Positions 1 through 9,992 of a stretch of 30,259 nt of DNA are shown piece after piece; within the stretch, counting starts at the first letter, position 1; each line of letters starts with the position of its first letter. The position numbers and the translations under genes are program-made. Origin of the DNA: a virus (Duplodnaviria; Heunggongvirae; Uroviricota; Caudoviricetes); the IMG/VR virus record IMGVR_UViG_2718217795_000001, positions 1 through 30,259 of that record; one strand, given 5' to 3'. A model generated the notes under the pieces. The model did no database searches, was not told the DNA's origin, and saw only the letters and a list, made by a program, of their open reading frames with translations.

Positions 1-1167
1 CTACTCGCTTTCCTCCGAGCTGTATTCCACGTCAGAAAGCTTAACCTCAAGCTCTAAACCCGTCGTGAAGCCGCTATTACTCAGAATGTGAGTTACCTTA
101 CTGATTAACCAAGATTGCTCATCTATGACGCGCTTAAAGCCTGATACGCGCACCGGCGTCTCAGGGAACAAGTCAGCTCGACCGAAAGCCAGCGTAATTG
201 AAAACTCCGCAACGCCTCGCTGCAGCTTATCCCACTTAGCCTGAGCGGCGCGCATCGCCTGCGCCTTAGAAGCGTAGACAGTCGTCAGCGCCAGCACGTT
301 ATCGGCCTCACCGGCCATATACTCACCCTCGCGCGCCTCCGGCTCTTGTTTGGCCTTTGTCTTTTTGCTAACTGGCTTTGCTTTCGGGTGCTCCAGTGCG
401 CGCAGGTGCTTCTCTTTTGGCTTGCGTTTCAGTGTTACTTTCTGCTTTTGCGGCTTCGGGTCTTTGGTGTGCAACCATTTTGCCGTTACGCCGGTATAAG
501 CCCCACGGTCAGCAATGGCAAACTGGTGACGGTCGCCATCGCTGCGGGTCAGCGTCATTTGCGGGACGGGTTTACCGCTGGCCGTCATCGCACTACCGGC
601 TTTCAGAAACAAGAGTTTACCCGCTTTCACTGACACCTCCGCCCCGTTGCGGTCAGCCAGCCGGGTCAGAAATACGGCGTCGGACTCCTGCGACTGGTCG
701 ATGTGCGGTACCGGTATTTTTTTCAGTGAATCCGCGACACTGGCCGTCAGTTTATTGCGCTTTGCAATGGTACTGACCAGTTCACCGATGGTGGTGTCGT
801 GCCATGACTCCTCACGCCGTGAATTGAGCGTTCCGCGAAAGTCTGCACTACGCGCCCGGATGGTCAGGGTATCAGGTGCGCCCCGATGCTCAATCTCATC
901 GACCGTGAAATCGCCCTTATTCAGAAGCGCCGAACCCTGCCAGCCAAGCCACAGCGTCAGCACCGCCCCGCGCAGGGGTAACTCGACTTTGCCGTCGGTG
1001 TCGTCGAGCTCAATGTCGAGCTGGTCAGCCTCAAAACCCCTGTTGTCGGTCATGGTGAGAGAAATCAGCCGGTCACTAAAATTGCTGGTAATGTCCTGGC
1101 TGTTCAGCGTCAGCATAAATGCCGGTGCAATGCTGGTACCGGCGTCAATTGTCATGCCCGTAATCAT
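1..1167 (-). CDS. D: Tail protein D (late control gene D family), 388 aa
   Basis: ORF-track protein recognisable as P2 gpD-like; ATG at 1165-1167 overlaps the upstream gene stop (ATGA); position 3' of U/T in conserved P2 order. Window begins exactly at its stop codon. Confidence 0.9.
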   Translation of the reverse strand: MITGMTIDAGTSIAPAFMLTLNSQDITSNFSDRLISLTMTDNRGFEADQLDIELDDTDGKVELPLRGAVLTLWLGWQGSALLNKGDFTVDEIEHRGAPDTLTIRARSADFRGTLNSRREESWHDTTIGELVSTIAKRNKLTASVADSLKKIPVPHIDQSQESDAVFLTRLADRNGAEVSVKAGKLLFLKAGSAMTASGKPVPQMTLTRSDGDRHQFAIADRGAYTGVTAKWLHTKDPKPQKQKVTLKRKPKEKHLRALEHPKAKPVSKKTKAKQEPEAREGEYMAGEADNVLALTTVYASKAQAMRAAQAKWDKLQRGVAEFSITLAFGRADLFPETPVRVSGFKRVIDEQSWLISKVTHILSNSGFTTGLELEVKLSDVEYSSEESE

Positions 1168-1652
1168 GCGGTCAGCCCTCCGAGCGCACCCTGCAGCTTA
1201 TCAGTCAGATTACCGGCAGAGCCGAGAAGCTCGCTGGCCTGCTTATTCAGGTCGCCAAACATTGCCGTCAGTGATTCGTCGACCCGTTTCAGCGAAAGGG
1301 TGAAATCAATCTTTCTGGCCGCGCCGTCGCTGAAAAACTCGGTATGCGTGGTCGACACCGTCTCGACGATATACATCCCGAAGATATTTCCGGTTCCCTC
1401 AATCAGCGGCCACGCTCTGCCCTCGTCGGCCATCAGCTCGACAGCCAGCAGAGATATACGACCGCCAGTAATGGCAGGATAAAGCGTACCGGCAAGCTGG
1501 ATCGCGTTTTCCCCCTCGCCGAGAAACTGATACGCAGGAGCTTTGCCGACCCGGTCATTAGACGCCCAGCGGTAATTCTTCGAGTGCTGCATCGACTGAT
1601 AAGGCAGGGTGCGACGTTCAAACACAAACATTCCAAGAGCAAGCATCATCAT
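1164..1652 (-). CDS. U: Tail protein U, 162 aa
   Basis: P2 gpU-like sequence and position between T and D; three consecutive ATG codons at the 5' end with AAGGAGG RBS upstream, exact start uncertain within 9 nt. Confidence 0.88.
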   Translation of the reverse strand: MMMLALGMFVFERRTLPYQSMQHSKNYRWASNDRVGKAPAYQFLGEGENAIQLAGTLYPAITGGRISLLAVELMADEGRAWPLIEGTGNIFGMYIVETVSTTHTEFFSDGAARKIDFTLSLKRVDESLTAMFGDLNKQASELLGSAGNLTDKLQGALGGLTA

Positions 1653-1660
1653 CAGCCTCC

Positions 1661-4102
1661 TTAATCGTGCATCATGCTAGCGCGGGCTTTGGCTCGCTTG
1701 TCGCGTTCATATTTTTCTAACGCATCCTGCAACTGGTTACCCAATTGACCACCCGGCGCGCCGCCACCCGGCAGGTTTATTTGATAGGTAGGGCTGCTCT
1801 GGTCAATATAGGTACGACCGGCGGGAGCCGTGACAGGTTGATAAGCCTGATACCCACCAAGCGAGCTGGTTGTCGGAATATACCCTCCACCCTGACCAAC
1901 CGGCGGCGTTTTTGCCGTTTCCGTATCAATACTGCTCGATTCCTTTTTAACAAGGCCGAGCTTTTCGAGAATTACATCAAGACCACCGCGCAGCTTATTG
2001 AAAATATTCAGAGGCAACATCAGCGCATCGGCCAGTGCCTGACCAAATATAACGCCGACATTTTTGCAGCTATCTAGCGTCTCCTGCGTGGCTTTGACCG
2101 GTGCAATCAGGTCTTTAAACCATTGCCAGACGCCGCGCAGCTTCTCACCGAGGCCGTCAAAAATGGGTGCCAGTGGGGCGAACATTTCCCCTACCGGTGC
2201 AAAGGCGCTCATGATGCCCTCAATCACCCCCGAGAAAAATGCGCTGATGGGCTCCCAATATTTGCGGATGAGTAGCGCCCCGGCCACAATCGCCGCACCG
2301 ACGGCCACAATCGGCCAGGTAATCGCACCGAGCGCTGTCATAATGGCACCACCGGCAACAGTAAAGACCGTACCCAGCACGCCAGCAGCGGCGATAATGG
2401 CGTTAATCCCCATCACAACCGGCCACGCAACGAGACCAATGCCGCCGATGATACCAATCAGAGCAAGTGCGCCACCGGCAATGATGCCGATGGTTTCCGC
2501 CAGCCCCTTATTTTTCTGGATCCAGCCGTCGAGCTTTAACACATACTGCGTGGCCGTTTGGGTAAGCTTGCGCAGTGAGCCCTCTTGCTGGTCATAGAGG
2601 TCAGTACCGACCGCCTCGTAAGCCGACTGAAACTCTTTAAAATCACCGCCGAGGTTATCCTGCATAACCTTGACCAGTTCCTCGGTTTTTCCGTCGGATG
2701 CCTTAATCGTAGCGGTGAGTTTATCGAGCTTTCCGCTTGCCGCTGCGGCCATCAGCACACTTGCAGACTTCATGGCCTCCTCGCCGAATATAGTTTTCAC
2801 ATATTCAGCTTTCTGACCAGTTCCGAGCTTGTTGCGCTCAAAACTGGCCTGCATTTCTTTCAAGATGGTAAATAACGGGCGCGTATTGCCTTTGCTGTCC
2901 GAGGTTTTAACACCCAACTCTTTGAGGGCATCGTATGCTTTGCCTGTTGGTGCCTGTAGTCTCGTTATTACAGCCGCGCCGCCCGTCCCAGCCATTGACC
3001 CCCTGATGTTATTATCATGAAGTGTGCCGGTAATCGCCGCCGCTTGTTCAAGACTCACTCCGGCATTTTTCGCAACAGGGGCAAGGTAACTTAATGAGTC
3101 ACTTAGTCCCTGAAAATCAGCGGTGGTTTTGTTCATCGTGGTTGAAAGAACATCACCAATATGTGCAGCCGCGTCATTAGAAAGCTGAAAGGCGGCTTTT
3201 GTCCCCATCAACAGTTGCGCGTTTTCCTCCATTGTTTTTCTGTTCGCAAGTGACAGGTTGAGAGTCACAGGCGTCATGGCCGCTATAGCTTCAGCATCAC
3301 CACCACCTTTTGCGATAATAATCTGCGCACTGGCGGCATCATCGGCAGAGGCGGCAGTATTGTCACCGAGCTGGCGCGCCTGTTTGCGTAGCGCCTGCAT
3401 TTCTGGCGACTGCTTATCTACCCCGAGCACGGCCTGCAGCTCTGAATTTTTCTGCGCAAAGTCATAACCGGGCATCAGTAATTTAACCCCGGCCATCGTT
3501 CCCGCTGTCGCGATACCGACCCCGGCAGCACCTGCTGCGGCCATGTTACCGGCGAGCTCTTTACCTGATTTGTATCGCTCTTTCACCCGACTTAATTTCG
3601 CCTGCTGCGCACTGACGCGCGCCAGTGCCTCGCGCTGTCGGTTAAGCTGCGCCGTCGTTTCGCTGATAGAGGTTTTGAGCCGACGCTCATCGGCAGACAG
3701 GGTGCGGGTATTAATACCGGCCTGCATCAGCTCGGAGCGCTGTCGCTGTACCGACGTTCTCAGGCTGTTGTATTTCGTTTGCAGCTCAGAGGCGGCGCGC
3801 TTTGCCGCTTCGAGTGCCTGCGCCTGCGCGCGGGTCGGACTGGTGGTGTTTTTAAACTGCACGGCCAGCTCACCGGCTTCGCGCTTCGCCTTTTCAAGCG
3901 CCTGACTGGTTACGGCCAGTTGCGCACTTGCCTTACGAAAGCCGTCGATTTTCGATGCCTGACCATTCAGGTCACGCAGCCCCTTTTGTGTGTTGCGAAT
4001 ATCACCCGAGAGGGTTTTACTCGCGGTCTGGATGGATTTAAGCGGTCGGGTCGCCTGGTCGACCGCTTTCAGTAATACCTCAAGCCTCAGGTTATTACTC
4101 AT
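1661..4102 (-). CDS. T: Tail tape measure protein T, 813 aa
   Basis: Long coiled-coil-rich N-terminus, Gly/Ala-rich hydrophobic central segment, size and position typical of P2 gpT; ATG at 4100-4102 overlaps end of E' frame. Confidence 0.9.
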   Translation of the reverse strand: MSNNLRLEVLLKAVDQATRPLKSIQTASKTLSGDIRNTQKGLRDLNGQASKIDGFRKASAQLAVTSQALEKAKREAGELAVQFKNTTSPTRAQAQALEAAKRAASELQTKYNSLRTSVQRQRSELMQAGINTRTLSADERRLKTSISETTAQLNRQREALARVSAQQAKLSRVKERYKSGKELAGNMAAAGAAGVGIATAGTMAGVKLLMPGYDFAQKNSELQAVLGVDKQSPEMQALRKQARQLGDNTAASADDAASAQIIIAKGGGDAEAIAAMTPVTLNLSLANRKTMEENAQLLMGTKAAFQLSNDAAAHIGDVLSTTMNKTTADFQGLSDSLSYLAPVAKNAGVSLEQAAAITGTLHDNNIRGSMAGTGGAAVITRLQAPTGKAYDALKELGVKTSDSKGNTRPLFTILKEMQASFERNKLGTGQKAEYVKTIFGEEAMKSASVLMAAAASGKLDKLTATIKASDGKTEELVKVMQDNLGGDFKEFQSAYEAVGTDLYDQQEGSLRKLTQTATQYVLKLDGWIQKNKGLAETIGIIAGGALALIGIIGGIGLVAWPVVMGINAIIAAAGVLGTVFTVAGGAIMTALGAITWPIVAVGAAIVAGALLIRKYWEPISAFFSGVIEGIMSAFAPVGEMFAPLAPIFDGLGEKLRGVWQWFKDLIAPVKATQETLDSCKNVGVIFGQALADALMLPLNIFNKLRGGLDVILEKLGLVKKESSSIDTETAKTPPVGQGGGYIPTTSSLGGYQAYQPVTAPAGRTYIDQSSPTYQINLPGGGAPGGQLGNQLQDALEKYERDKRAKARASMMHD

Positions 4103-4582
4103 TGTGGTTTCCGCTACGCTGCAGCGCCTTTTCGCGCCATGTGATGAGCTCGGTCAGGCTCAGGGAATAGAGCTCTGATGGCGGCCAGTGGAATATCACC
4201 GCGATATCCGCCATCAGGTCATCGGTCGACAGGTCGGGCGGAAAATCTATTCCGCCGAAGCCGGTGACAAAAAACCAATCACCTTAGCGGCCAGCGACAG
4301 CATATCGGGCAGGTTCATTGCGGTAAGCTCCTGCGCCGTGAGCGCGGGATAGGTCATACGGGGCAGGACTTTAATCAGCGCATCGACTTCGGACTGCGCC
4401 ACCGCTGCCAGACTGACACCGCGCAGGGTACCGGCGTTCGGCTCAATCAGGGTGACTTTATCAATCGTCTGACCGGCGCGCTTAATCGGCTTGTCGAGGG
4501 TCACGACGTTCGGGTTTATGGTGTCAATTTCATTGCCAGCCGTATCAACAAATTCAGCGGTTTTACGTGGTGCTTTTGCCAT
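4095..4582 (-). CDS. E+E' tail assembly chaperone made by programmed -1 frameshift
   Basis: Slippery run GGTTTTTTG on the coding strand (plus 4268-4276); the -1 frame is open from the slip site to a TAA at 4095-4097 that overlaps the T start codon, reproducing the P2 E/E' arrangement. Confidence 0.7.
4247..4582 (-). CDS. E: Tail assembly chaperone E, 111 aa
   Basis: Position immediately upstream of T, ATG start at 4580-4582, ends KVIGFLSPASAE with a T-rich slippery site inside the last codons. Confidence 0.85.
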   Translation of the reverse strand: MAKAPRKTAEFVDTAGNEIDTINPNVVTLDKPIKRAGQTIDKVTLIEPNAGTLRGVSLAAVAQSEVDALIKVLPRMTYPALTAQELTAMNLPDMLSLAAKVIGFLSPASAE

Positions 4583-4645
4583 GATGTTTTTCTCTGCTCT
4601 GAATGGGGATTAATAACCGGCCAGCAGTGCTGACCGGTCAGGGAA

Positions 4646-5164
4646 TTACAGCCCGATTGCGCGGCGGTGCTGCTCCAGACGGTCAACGCCGTTCACCTTC
4701 TCGACCATGTTGACGGTGTCGATTTCGATGACGTCGCTACCATCAATCGTGAGGCGGTAATAGGTGCAAACGGTCGATAGTTTGGTCGAGGTGTTTTCAC
4801 CCTGCTTATTCTCGCCGCCGTCGATTTCTTTGTGACGGCCACGCATGACCACCTCGACTGCGATGATTTCGCCGGTGTCGTCGCGCTGGTAGGAGCCAGC
4901 AAAACGCAGCGGCACGGCGTCAGCTCCCGGCGCGGCGTACTGCGCCCACAGCGCCACATCAGGCAGGCCACCGACAGACCATTCAACGGTGAGCGCATCG
5001 TCGTCGAGGCCGAGGTCAATTGCCGCCGCACCATTCATACCGCCGCCGCGATAGTTTTCGAGCTTGCGGGTCAGCTTCGGCAGCGTCACGGATTCAACAA
5101 CGCCCATGTAGCTCAGGCCGTCATTGAACATGTTCAAATATTTGAGTTTGCGGGGTAGTGCCAT
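4646..5164 (-). CDS. FII: Tail tube protein FII, 172 aa
   Basis: P2 FII-like sequence, ATG with AGGAGCC RBS, position between FI and E. Confidence 0.9.
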   Translation of the reverse strand: MALPRKLKYLNMFNDGLSYMGVVESVTLPKLTRKLENYRGGGMNGAAAIDLGLDDDALTVEWSVGGLPDVALWAQYAAPGADAVPLRFAGSYQRDDTGEIIAVEVVMRGRHKEIDGGENKQGENTSTKLSTVCTYYRLTIDGSDVIEIDTVNMVEKVNGVDRLEQHRRAIGL

Positions 5165-5179
5165 GTTGTTTCAGGCTCC

Positions 5180-6358
5180 TTAGCTGTTGACCGATTCGGC
5201 CAGATTCACCAGATATTTATCGGTGATACGCTGGCGCAGGGTCAGGCTTTCCAGTGGTGGAACCGGCGTATAGTCGTAGTCGATATACAGTTTCCCGGCC
5301 TTGAGGGTTTCCTTATCGTTCGATTCCTCGTCGAACCAGCATTCACCGTCCACGATGTAGCCATTTGATTTCAGCTCGCGGAATTTGGCGTTAATACCGT
5401 CGACAATGTCACGGATAAGCGATGCGGTGATGGGCTTGTCGACCGCCCACATGTGCGCCTCGGCCATTGTGTCGGCCAGCACCTGAGCGGTGCGGGTGTA
5501 GTTCTCAAACAGGAAAAGCGGGTCATCAGAACAGGTGCGGTTACCCCAGAAGCGGAAACCATCTTTGCGCACCAGCGTCGTCACCCCGGCCTCGTTGAGC
5601 AGGTCAGCATCGGTACCGGATGCCTGCAAATCCCAAAACACTGACGCACTGATGCCGGTAACACCCTGCACGCCGACGTTAGACAGGGTTTTGTGCCAGC
5701 CGACGGTCTGGTCGATATAGGCACGCAGGCCGAGTGCGCGCGCGGTGGCGTAGGCTGTTGCGGTGGCGTTCGCGGTGGTGTCCCATGCGAGGAAATCAGG
5801 CCAGATAAGCATCAGTTCGCGCTGGCTGAAATTCTCGCGATAGGCCATCGCCTCGGAAATAGTCTTACAGCCCCATGCACTGACATAGCCAAAGGCGCGC
5901 AGGCTGATACAGACCGACGCAAGTGCGACTGCGACCTCTTTGGTATCGAGCCCCGGCACGCCGAGAATGCGCGGCTTAACGCCGGTGACCGCTTCGGCAG
6001 TCAACAGCGCCTTGATACCGGTGTATTTACCGTTCTCATCCGTGCCGCCGATGATATTGGAAATGGTCTGCGCTTCCGCGTCTTCTCCGGTACCTTCGGC
6101 AACACGCACGACAACGGTGACGGGCTTTGACTGGTCGGCGATGGCCTGCAGGGAGGCAGACAGCGTGCCTTTTTTACCGGCTTTCGCAATGGCGCTCTGC
6201 ACATTGGTAATCAGTACCGGCTCATTGAGGGGAAATGTCGCGGCATCCGCATCGCTGGCCGTACAAACCATGCCGACAATTGCGGTTGCAACAGTGGAAA
6301 TGACGCGGGTGCCGTCGTTAATTTCGAGCACCTGCACGCCGTGGTGAAAATCACTCAT
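5180..6358 (-). CDS. FI: Contractile tail sheath protein FI, 392 aa
   Basis: P2 FI-like sequence and size; ATG at 6356-6358 with GGAG RBS. Confidence 0.92.
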   Translation of the reverse strand: MSDFHHGVQVLEINDGTRVISTVATAIVGMVCTASDADAATFPLNEPVLITNVQSAIAKAGKKGTLSASLQAIADQSKPVTVVVRVAEGTGEDAEAQTISNIIGGTDENGKYTGIKALLTAEAVTGVKPRILGVPGLDTKEVAVALASVCISLRAFGYVSAWGCKTISEAMAYRENFSQRELMLIWPDFLAWDTTANATATAYATARALGLRAYIDQTVGWHKTLSNVGVQGVTGISASVFWDLQASGTDADLLNEAGVTTLVRKDGFRFWGNRTCSDDPLFLFENYTRTAQVLADTMAEAHMWAVDKPITASLIRDIVDGINAKFRELKSNGYIVDGECWFDEESNDKETLKAGKLYIDYDYTPVPPLESLTLRQRITDKYLVNLAESVNS

Positions 6359-6454
6359 CCGGTTAACTCCGTGGTTAGTGGGCGAGTGTTATTGTCCTGG
6401 CTGGTCTGGTGAGGGGCTATTTGTCGGCGATGGGTAGCGGATGGCACATAAATA

Positions 6455-6483
6455 AATCATAAAAAAGACGGGCATCAGCCCGC
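6455..6483 (-). terminator. Rho-independent terminator after gene G
   Basis: On the minus strand: hairpin CGGGC-TGAT-GCCCG followed by TCTTTTTTAT, directly 3' of the G stop codon. Confidence 0.55.
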
Positions 6484-6489
6484 CCTGCA

Positions 6490-7086
6490 TTATTCCGGTT
6501 TAACCGGCCACTCGATATCCGGTGCCGTGGAAATGTCGACCGCGTTCAGTGCCTGAATGTATTTCATCCACGCAATCAGGCTGGCCTTGTCATCATCACT
6601 GATGATGCCGAGCTGCAGCTCGGTTTGCCACAGGCTGATTACGCTTTGCGCTTCAGTCAGCAATGCGGATTTTTGCTGCTTCGCCTCCAGTACCTGACCG
6701 CTTTTCTGTGCGGTCTCATCCGTAACCCATTCGCTACCACTCCATCTGTCATAAGGTGTCAGTGGCTTGATGGTGGTCACGTTGTCTGGATAGTCACCAA
6801 GCTCGGTAATCTCGACAGGTTGACTGGTTTCAGTGTCATACACCGTTTCGCCCCGGTGGTCTGTTACATATCGCCACCCGTCAAGGGTGGCTGTACGGCA
6901 AACGGCAAATCCCGCCTTTTCATCGACTGGCACATCGGTACAGGAGTTGGCAGGGATACCGACACCAACGGCAAGAAATTCCACGGATGCAGATAAATAT
7001 TCGCGCGTTTTACCATCAAAGTTATAGACGGTCATATCACCGGCTTTTATAGCAATACCACTTTTGTTTAGTGTTGCTTTTGCCAT
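6490..7086 (-). CDS. G: Tail fibre assembly chaperone G, 198 aa
   Basis: Immediately downstream of tail fibre gene H with TAATG overlap; sequence resembles P2-type tail fibre assembly proteins. Confidence 0.8.
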   Translation of the reverse strand: MAKATLNKSGIAIKAGDMTVYNFDGKTREYLSASVEFLAVGVGIPANSCTDVPVDEKAGFAVCRTATLDGWRYVTDHRGETVYDTETSQPVEITELGDYPDNVTTIKPLTPYDRWSGSEWVTDETAQKSGQVLEAKQQKSALLTEAQSVISLWQTELQLGIISDDDKASLIAWMKYIQALNAVDISTAPDIEWPVKPE

Positions 7087-8132
7087 TATGCAGCCCTCAC
7101 TATGTAGTTAAATGCTATGTTGCGCGGGCGGGTTTCAGTGCCAATATTCGCTGCATTGTCAGAAGCAACCCCACGAGTGCCGATAGCTCTTACTGCTGAA
7201 GGTAGGCTTTGAGGCTCCCGGTCAGTATAGGCAATCCCCCCATCCCCTCCAGTTGCTAGCGGAGCATAACTCCCGGCCTGACCAATAGTTGACGATGTTG
7301 TATTTGAACCTGTCCAGACCTGCTGGTTATGTGAGTGGTCTCTGAGTGAATGGCCTTGAGATGAAAGCAGCGCACGCCCGTTGTCGATACCACGACTATC
7401 ATCCCATCCACGGATAAACTCACCGCGTAAATCAGGCAGATTCCCCGACGGAAATACTGCGGCGAGCCCCGGATATTTCACCTTATCAAATACCGCACCA
7501 TTACATTTCAGCCAGCCTGTCGGCGGCGTCGCTGACGGATAAGGGAGCGGCACGCCGACCGGGGTATATTTCGCAATGTCAGTTATTTTCAGGTATTGCG
7601 GATGCGGGTCAGCATCTGCAAGGTGTGCGGCCAGCAGACTATCAGCATAGGATTTCACCTCGATAACTTTGTCGTCGACATACTGGCGCGTTGCCAGCAC
7701 GACTGACGGGTCGATTTTCAGGGTGATAGCCGACGTGCTCGACACAATCAGAATCATGCGAATGGTCTGCGTGCGACCGCTTCCCTCCTGCAGTTGCGGT
7801 TTGTAGGTCTCCGGGCAGTTCGCCACGGCAATCAGAATGCCGTCATCGTCATAAAGGCCAATCTCGCGGATCCAGAAACCACCTTCATTCTCGGGAATAA
7901 TCTGTTCCGCGATAATCTGACTGGTATTGGCCGGGTCAACGGTCAGCAGGTTCAGCGGCGCGATGCGTTTCTGGTTAATGAGCTTCGTCTGCGCCGGGTC
8001 AGGGGTCGGCAACGTACCATTCGCATCACCGACGGCCATCTGCGTCAGGTTGAGTTTGGTACCGAGTGCCGCCGCGTTCGCCAGCCGCGCCGCGCCCTGA
8101 TTGGTCAGAATGGCAAAATATTTTGCGGTCAT
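7086..8132 (-). CDS. H: Tail fibre protein H, short variant, 348 aa
   Basis: N-terminal ~170 aa resemble the conserved baseplate-attachment region of P2 gpH; C-terminal part differs and the protein is about half the P2 length. Confidence 0.8.
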   Translation of the reverse strand: MTAKYFAILTNQGAARLANAAALGTKLNLTQMAVGDANGTLPTPDPAQTKLINQKRIAPLNLLTVDPANTSQIIAEQIIPENEGGFWIREIGLYDDDGILIAVANCPETYKPQLQEGSGRTQTIRMILIVSSTSAITLKIDPSVVLATRQYVDDKVIEVKSYADSLLAAHLADADPHPQYLKITDIAKYTPVGVPLPYPSATPPTGWLKCNGAVFDKVKYPGLAAVFPSGNLPDLRGEFIRGWDDSRGIDNGRALLSSQGHSLRDHSHNQQVWTGSNTTSSTIGQAGSYAPLATGGDGGIAYTDREPQSLPSAVRAIGTRGVASDNAANIGTETRPRNIAFNYIVRAA

Positions 8133-8737
8133 GCGTTCACTCTCAGATTATCAATCAAATGGATGGCCGAGGCCGGGTAATATTCACCGCCGACGACAAT
8201 CTCCTCGGGGGTGTAGGGGTAAACAGTCAGCGCGTCGCCGTGATAGCATCCCGCGCCGACATACAGTTCGCCGGTCGAGCTCAGACTGATAGCCAGCCCG
8301 GTCAGGTGGCGACTTGCCGGTTTGGCGTCTTCAATCAGTCGCTCAAGCTCCTGATACATTTCGTCAGTGATGCCGCTGTCGAGGACGCCAACAACGAGGC
8401 GGAATGTGCCTGGCTCCTCGTTGAGCTGCCACCACTCGCGCACCTCAATCAGAAAGCCGAGCGGCTCGACGACCCGACGCAATGCGCTGATGGTGCCTTT
8501 GTGCTGATGGACGAAAAACGAGGACGCGCAGACGCTGCGCTTTGTCGCCTCCGGCCATTTCTCATCCCACCTGTCGACCGACAGCGCCCACGCCAGATAC
8601 GGCAGCAGCTTTACCGGGCAGGTGCGCCAGTTCCACAGGGTGCGCAGCGGTACCGGCACGCGCTGAATCTCAGAGAGTGCAGCAGCGGCGGCAACTTCCA
8701 GCGGCGACGAGCCAACGGGTAACAGCCTGTCACTCAT
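8129..8737 (-). CDS. I: Baseplate protein I, 202 aa
   Basis: P2 gpI-like sequence, ATGA overlap with H, conserved order J-I-H. Confidence 0.85.
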   Translation of the reverse strand: MSDRLLPVGSSPLEVAAAAALSEIQRVPVPLRTLWNWRTCPVKLLPYLAWALSVDRWDEKWPEATKRSVCASSFFVHQHKGTISALRRVVEPLGFLIEVREWWQLNEEPGTFRLVVGVLDSGITDEMYQELERLIEDAKPASRHLTGLAISLSSTGELYVGAGCYHGDALTVYPYTPEEIVVGGEYYPASAIHLIDNLRVNA

Positions 8738-9638
8738 CCGAGCCCCCGATAGTTATCTGGTACTCGGTGCAGTTCGACGCCTGCGACTTACTCAGCACAA
8801 TATCGGTCTGAGGTGATGCCAGCTCGACACGCTGCACCCCCTCAACATGCAGCGCCGCGTAAATGGCCGACAGACGGATATCACGCCCGAGGCGGTGCTG
8901 CGCGCTGATGTAGCTCTGCAGCTTCTGCTCTGATGCCTGCCTGATGGGTTCAGATTCGGGGCCGGGGTAAACGTAGAGCGTCGCGTCAATCTGGTACGGC
9001 ACAATCTCGGCTGACTGGACGGTAACCCGGTCGGCCACCGGGCGCACATCTTCGGCATTCAGCGCTTTATCAACAATCGCCAGTAGTTCAGGACTAGCAG
9101 TGCCGTCACCCTCGCGCGATAGCACGGTAATCGTCACGCAGGCTGGCGACGGACTTGCGACCGAGACGTCAGCGACCCGCCCGTCGGCGCTGCGACCGTG
9201 ATACTCATATGCCCCGACCGGACCCGCCGCGCTCAATCCCTCAAACGCCTGTTGCGTGCGCAGTCGCAGGTCAGTATCGGATTCCATAACGGCAGGTGTC
9301 GGCGGAATGGTGGTGTCATCCGCCGGGGTGATGGTCAGGCGCTCGGTATTGTTGTTCCCGGCCACGACGTCGAGGTCGTTACCGGCGGAGTAGGCCAGCG
9401 TCACCGCCTGTGCGGCTTCGTTCACCCGCTGACGCCAGATAACTTCACGGTAGGCGTTTTCCTGCAGCAGCTTAACAATCGGCTCTGACTCAAGCGCGAG
9501 CGTCCGGGCAATGGACTCCTGCTGGTCTTCGGGATAGAGCGAAATCAGCGTCGCAATGCGTTCCGCAAGGATGGTTTCATAGTCCAGTTCCTCAACCACG
9601 TCGGGAACGGGTAACTGACTCAGGTCAACGGTTGCCAT
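8730..9638 (-). CDS. J: Baseplate wedge protein J, 302 aa
   Basis: Size matches P2 gpJ (302 aa); sequence and order W-J-I. Confidence 0.9.
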   Translation of the reverse strand: MATVDLSQLPVPDVVEELDYETILAERIATLISLYPEDQQESIARTLALESEPIVKLLQENAYREVIWRQRVNEAAQAVTLAYSAGNDLDVVAGNNNTERLTITPADDTTIPPTPAVMESDTDLRLRTQQAFEGLSAAGPVGAYEYHGRSADGRVADVSVASPSPACVTITVLSREGDGTASPELLAIVDKALNAEDVRPVADRVTVQSAEIVPYQIDATLYVYPGPESEPIRQASEQKLQSYISAQHRLGRDIRLSAIYAALHVEGVQRVELASPQTDIVLSKSQASNCTEYQITIGGSDE

Positions 9639-9644
9639 AGTGAT

Positions 9645-9992
9645 TTAACTCAGTGAAACAGTGGTTGAAACTGACGCACCGGTATCGGTACGCATCCCGG
9701 TAATATCGACATACATTTCGCCAGCGTCGCCGGTCTCAAAGCTGATGGCGGTAAGCCGGATGCGCGGCTCCCACTTCTGGATAGCCGAATAGCACGCCAC
9801 CATAATTTGCAGCCTGAGCGCCGGGTTTTGCGGCATATCAATCAGCGCCGACAGAAGCGAGCCATATTCACGGCGCATCACCCGCGAGCCGACCGGCGTC
9901 AGCAGTATGTCGCGCATGCTCTGACTGATGTGCTCAGTGTCGCTGATGCCGAGGCCGGTATTTCGGTTCATCCCCTGATAGCGCGCCGTCAT
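9645..9992 (-). CDS. W: Baseplate protein W (gp25/GPW lysozyme-like family), 115 aa
   Basis: P2 gpW-like sequence and size; ATGA overlap with V. Confidence 0.9.
   Translation of the reverse strand: MTARYQGMNRNTGLGISDTEHISQSMRDILLTPVGSRVMRREYGSLLSALIDMPQNPALRLQIMVACYSAIQKWEPRIRLTAISFETGDAGEMYVDITGMRTDTGASVSTTVSLS

Noticed and set aside
4618-4638. Imperfect palindrome CGGCCAGCAgTGCTGaCCGG between FII and E
   Set aside because: Short, no flanking U-run on the transcribed strand, and within a normal operon junction; could be a minor RNA structure but evidence is too thin.
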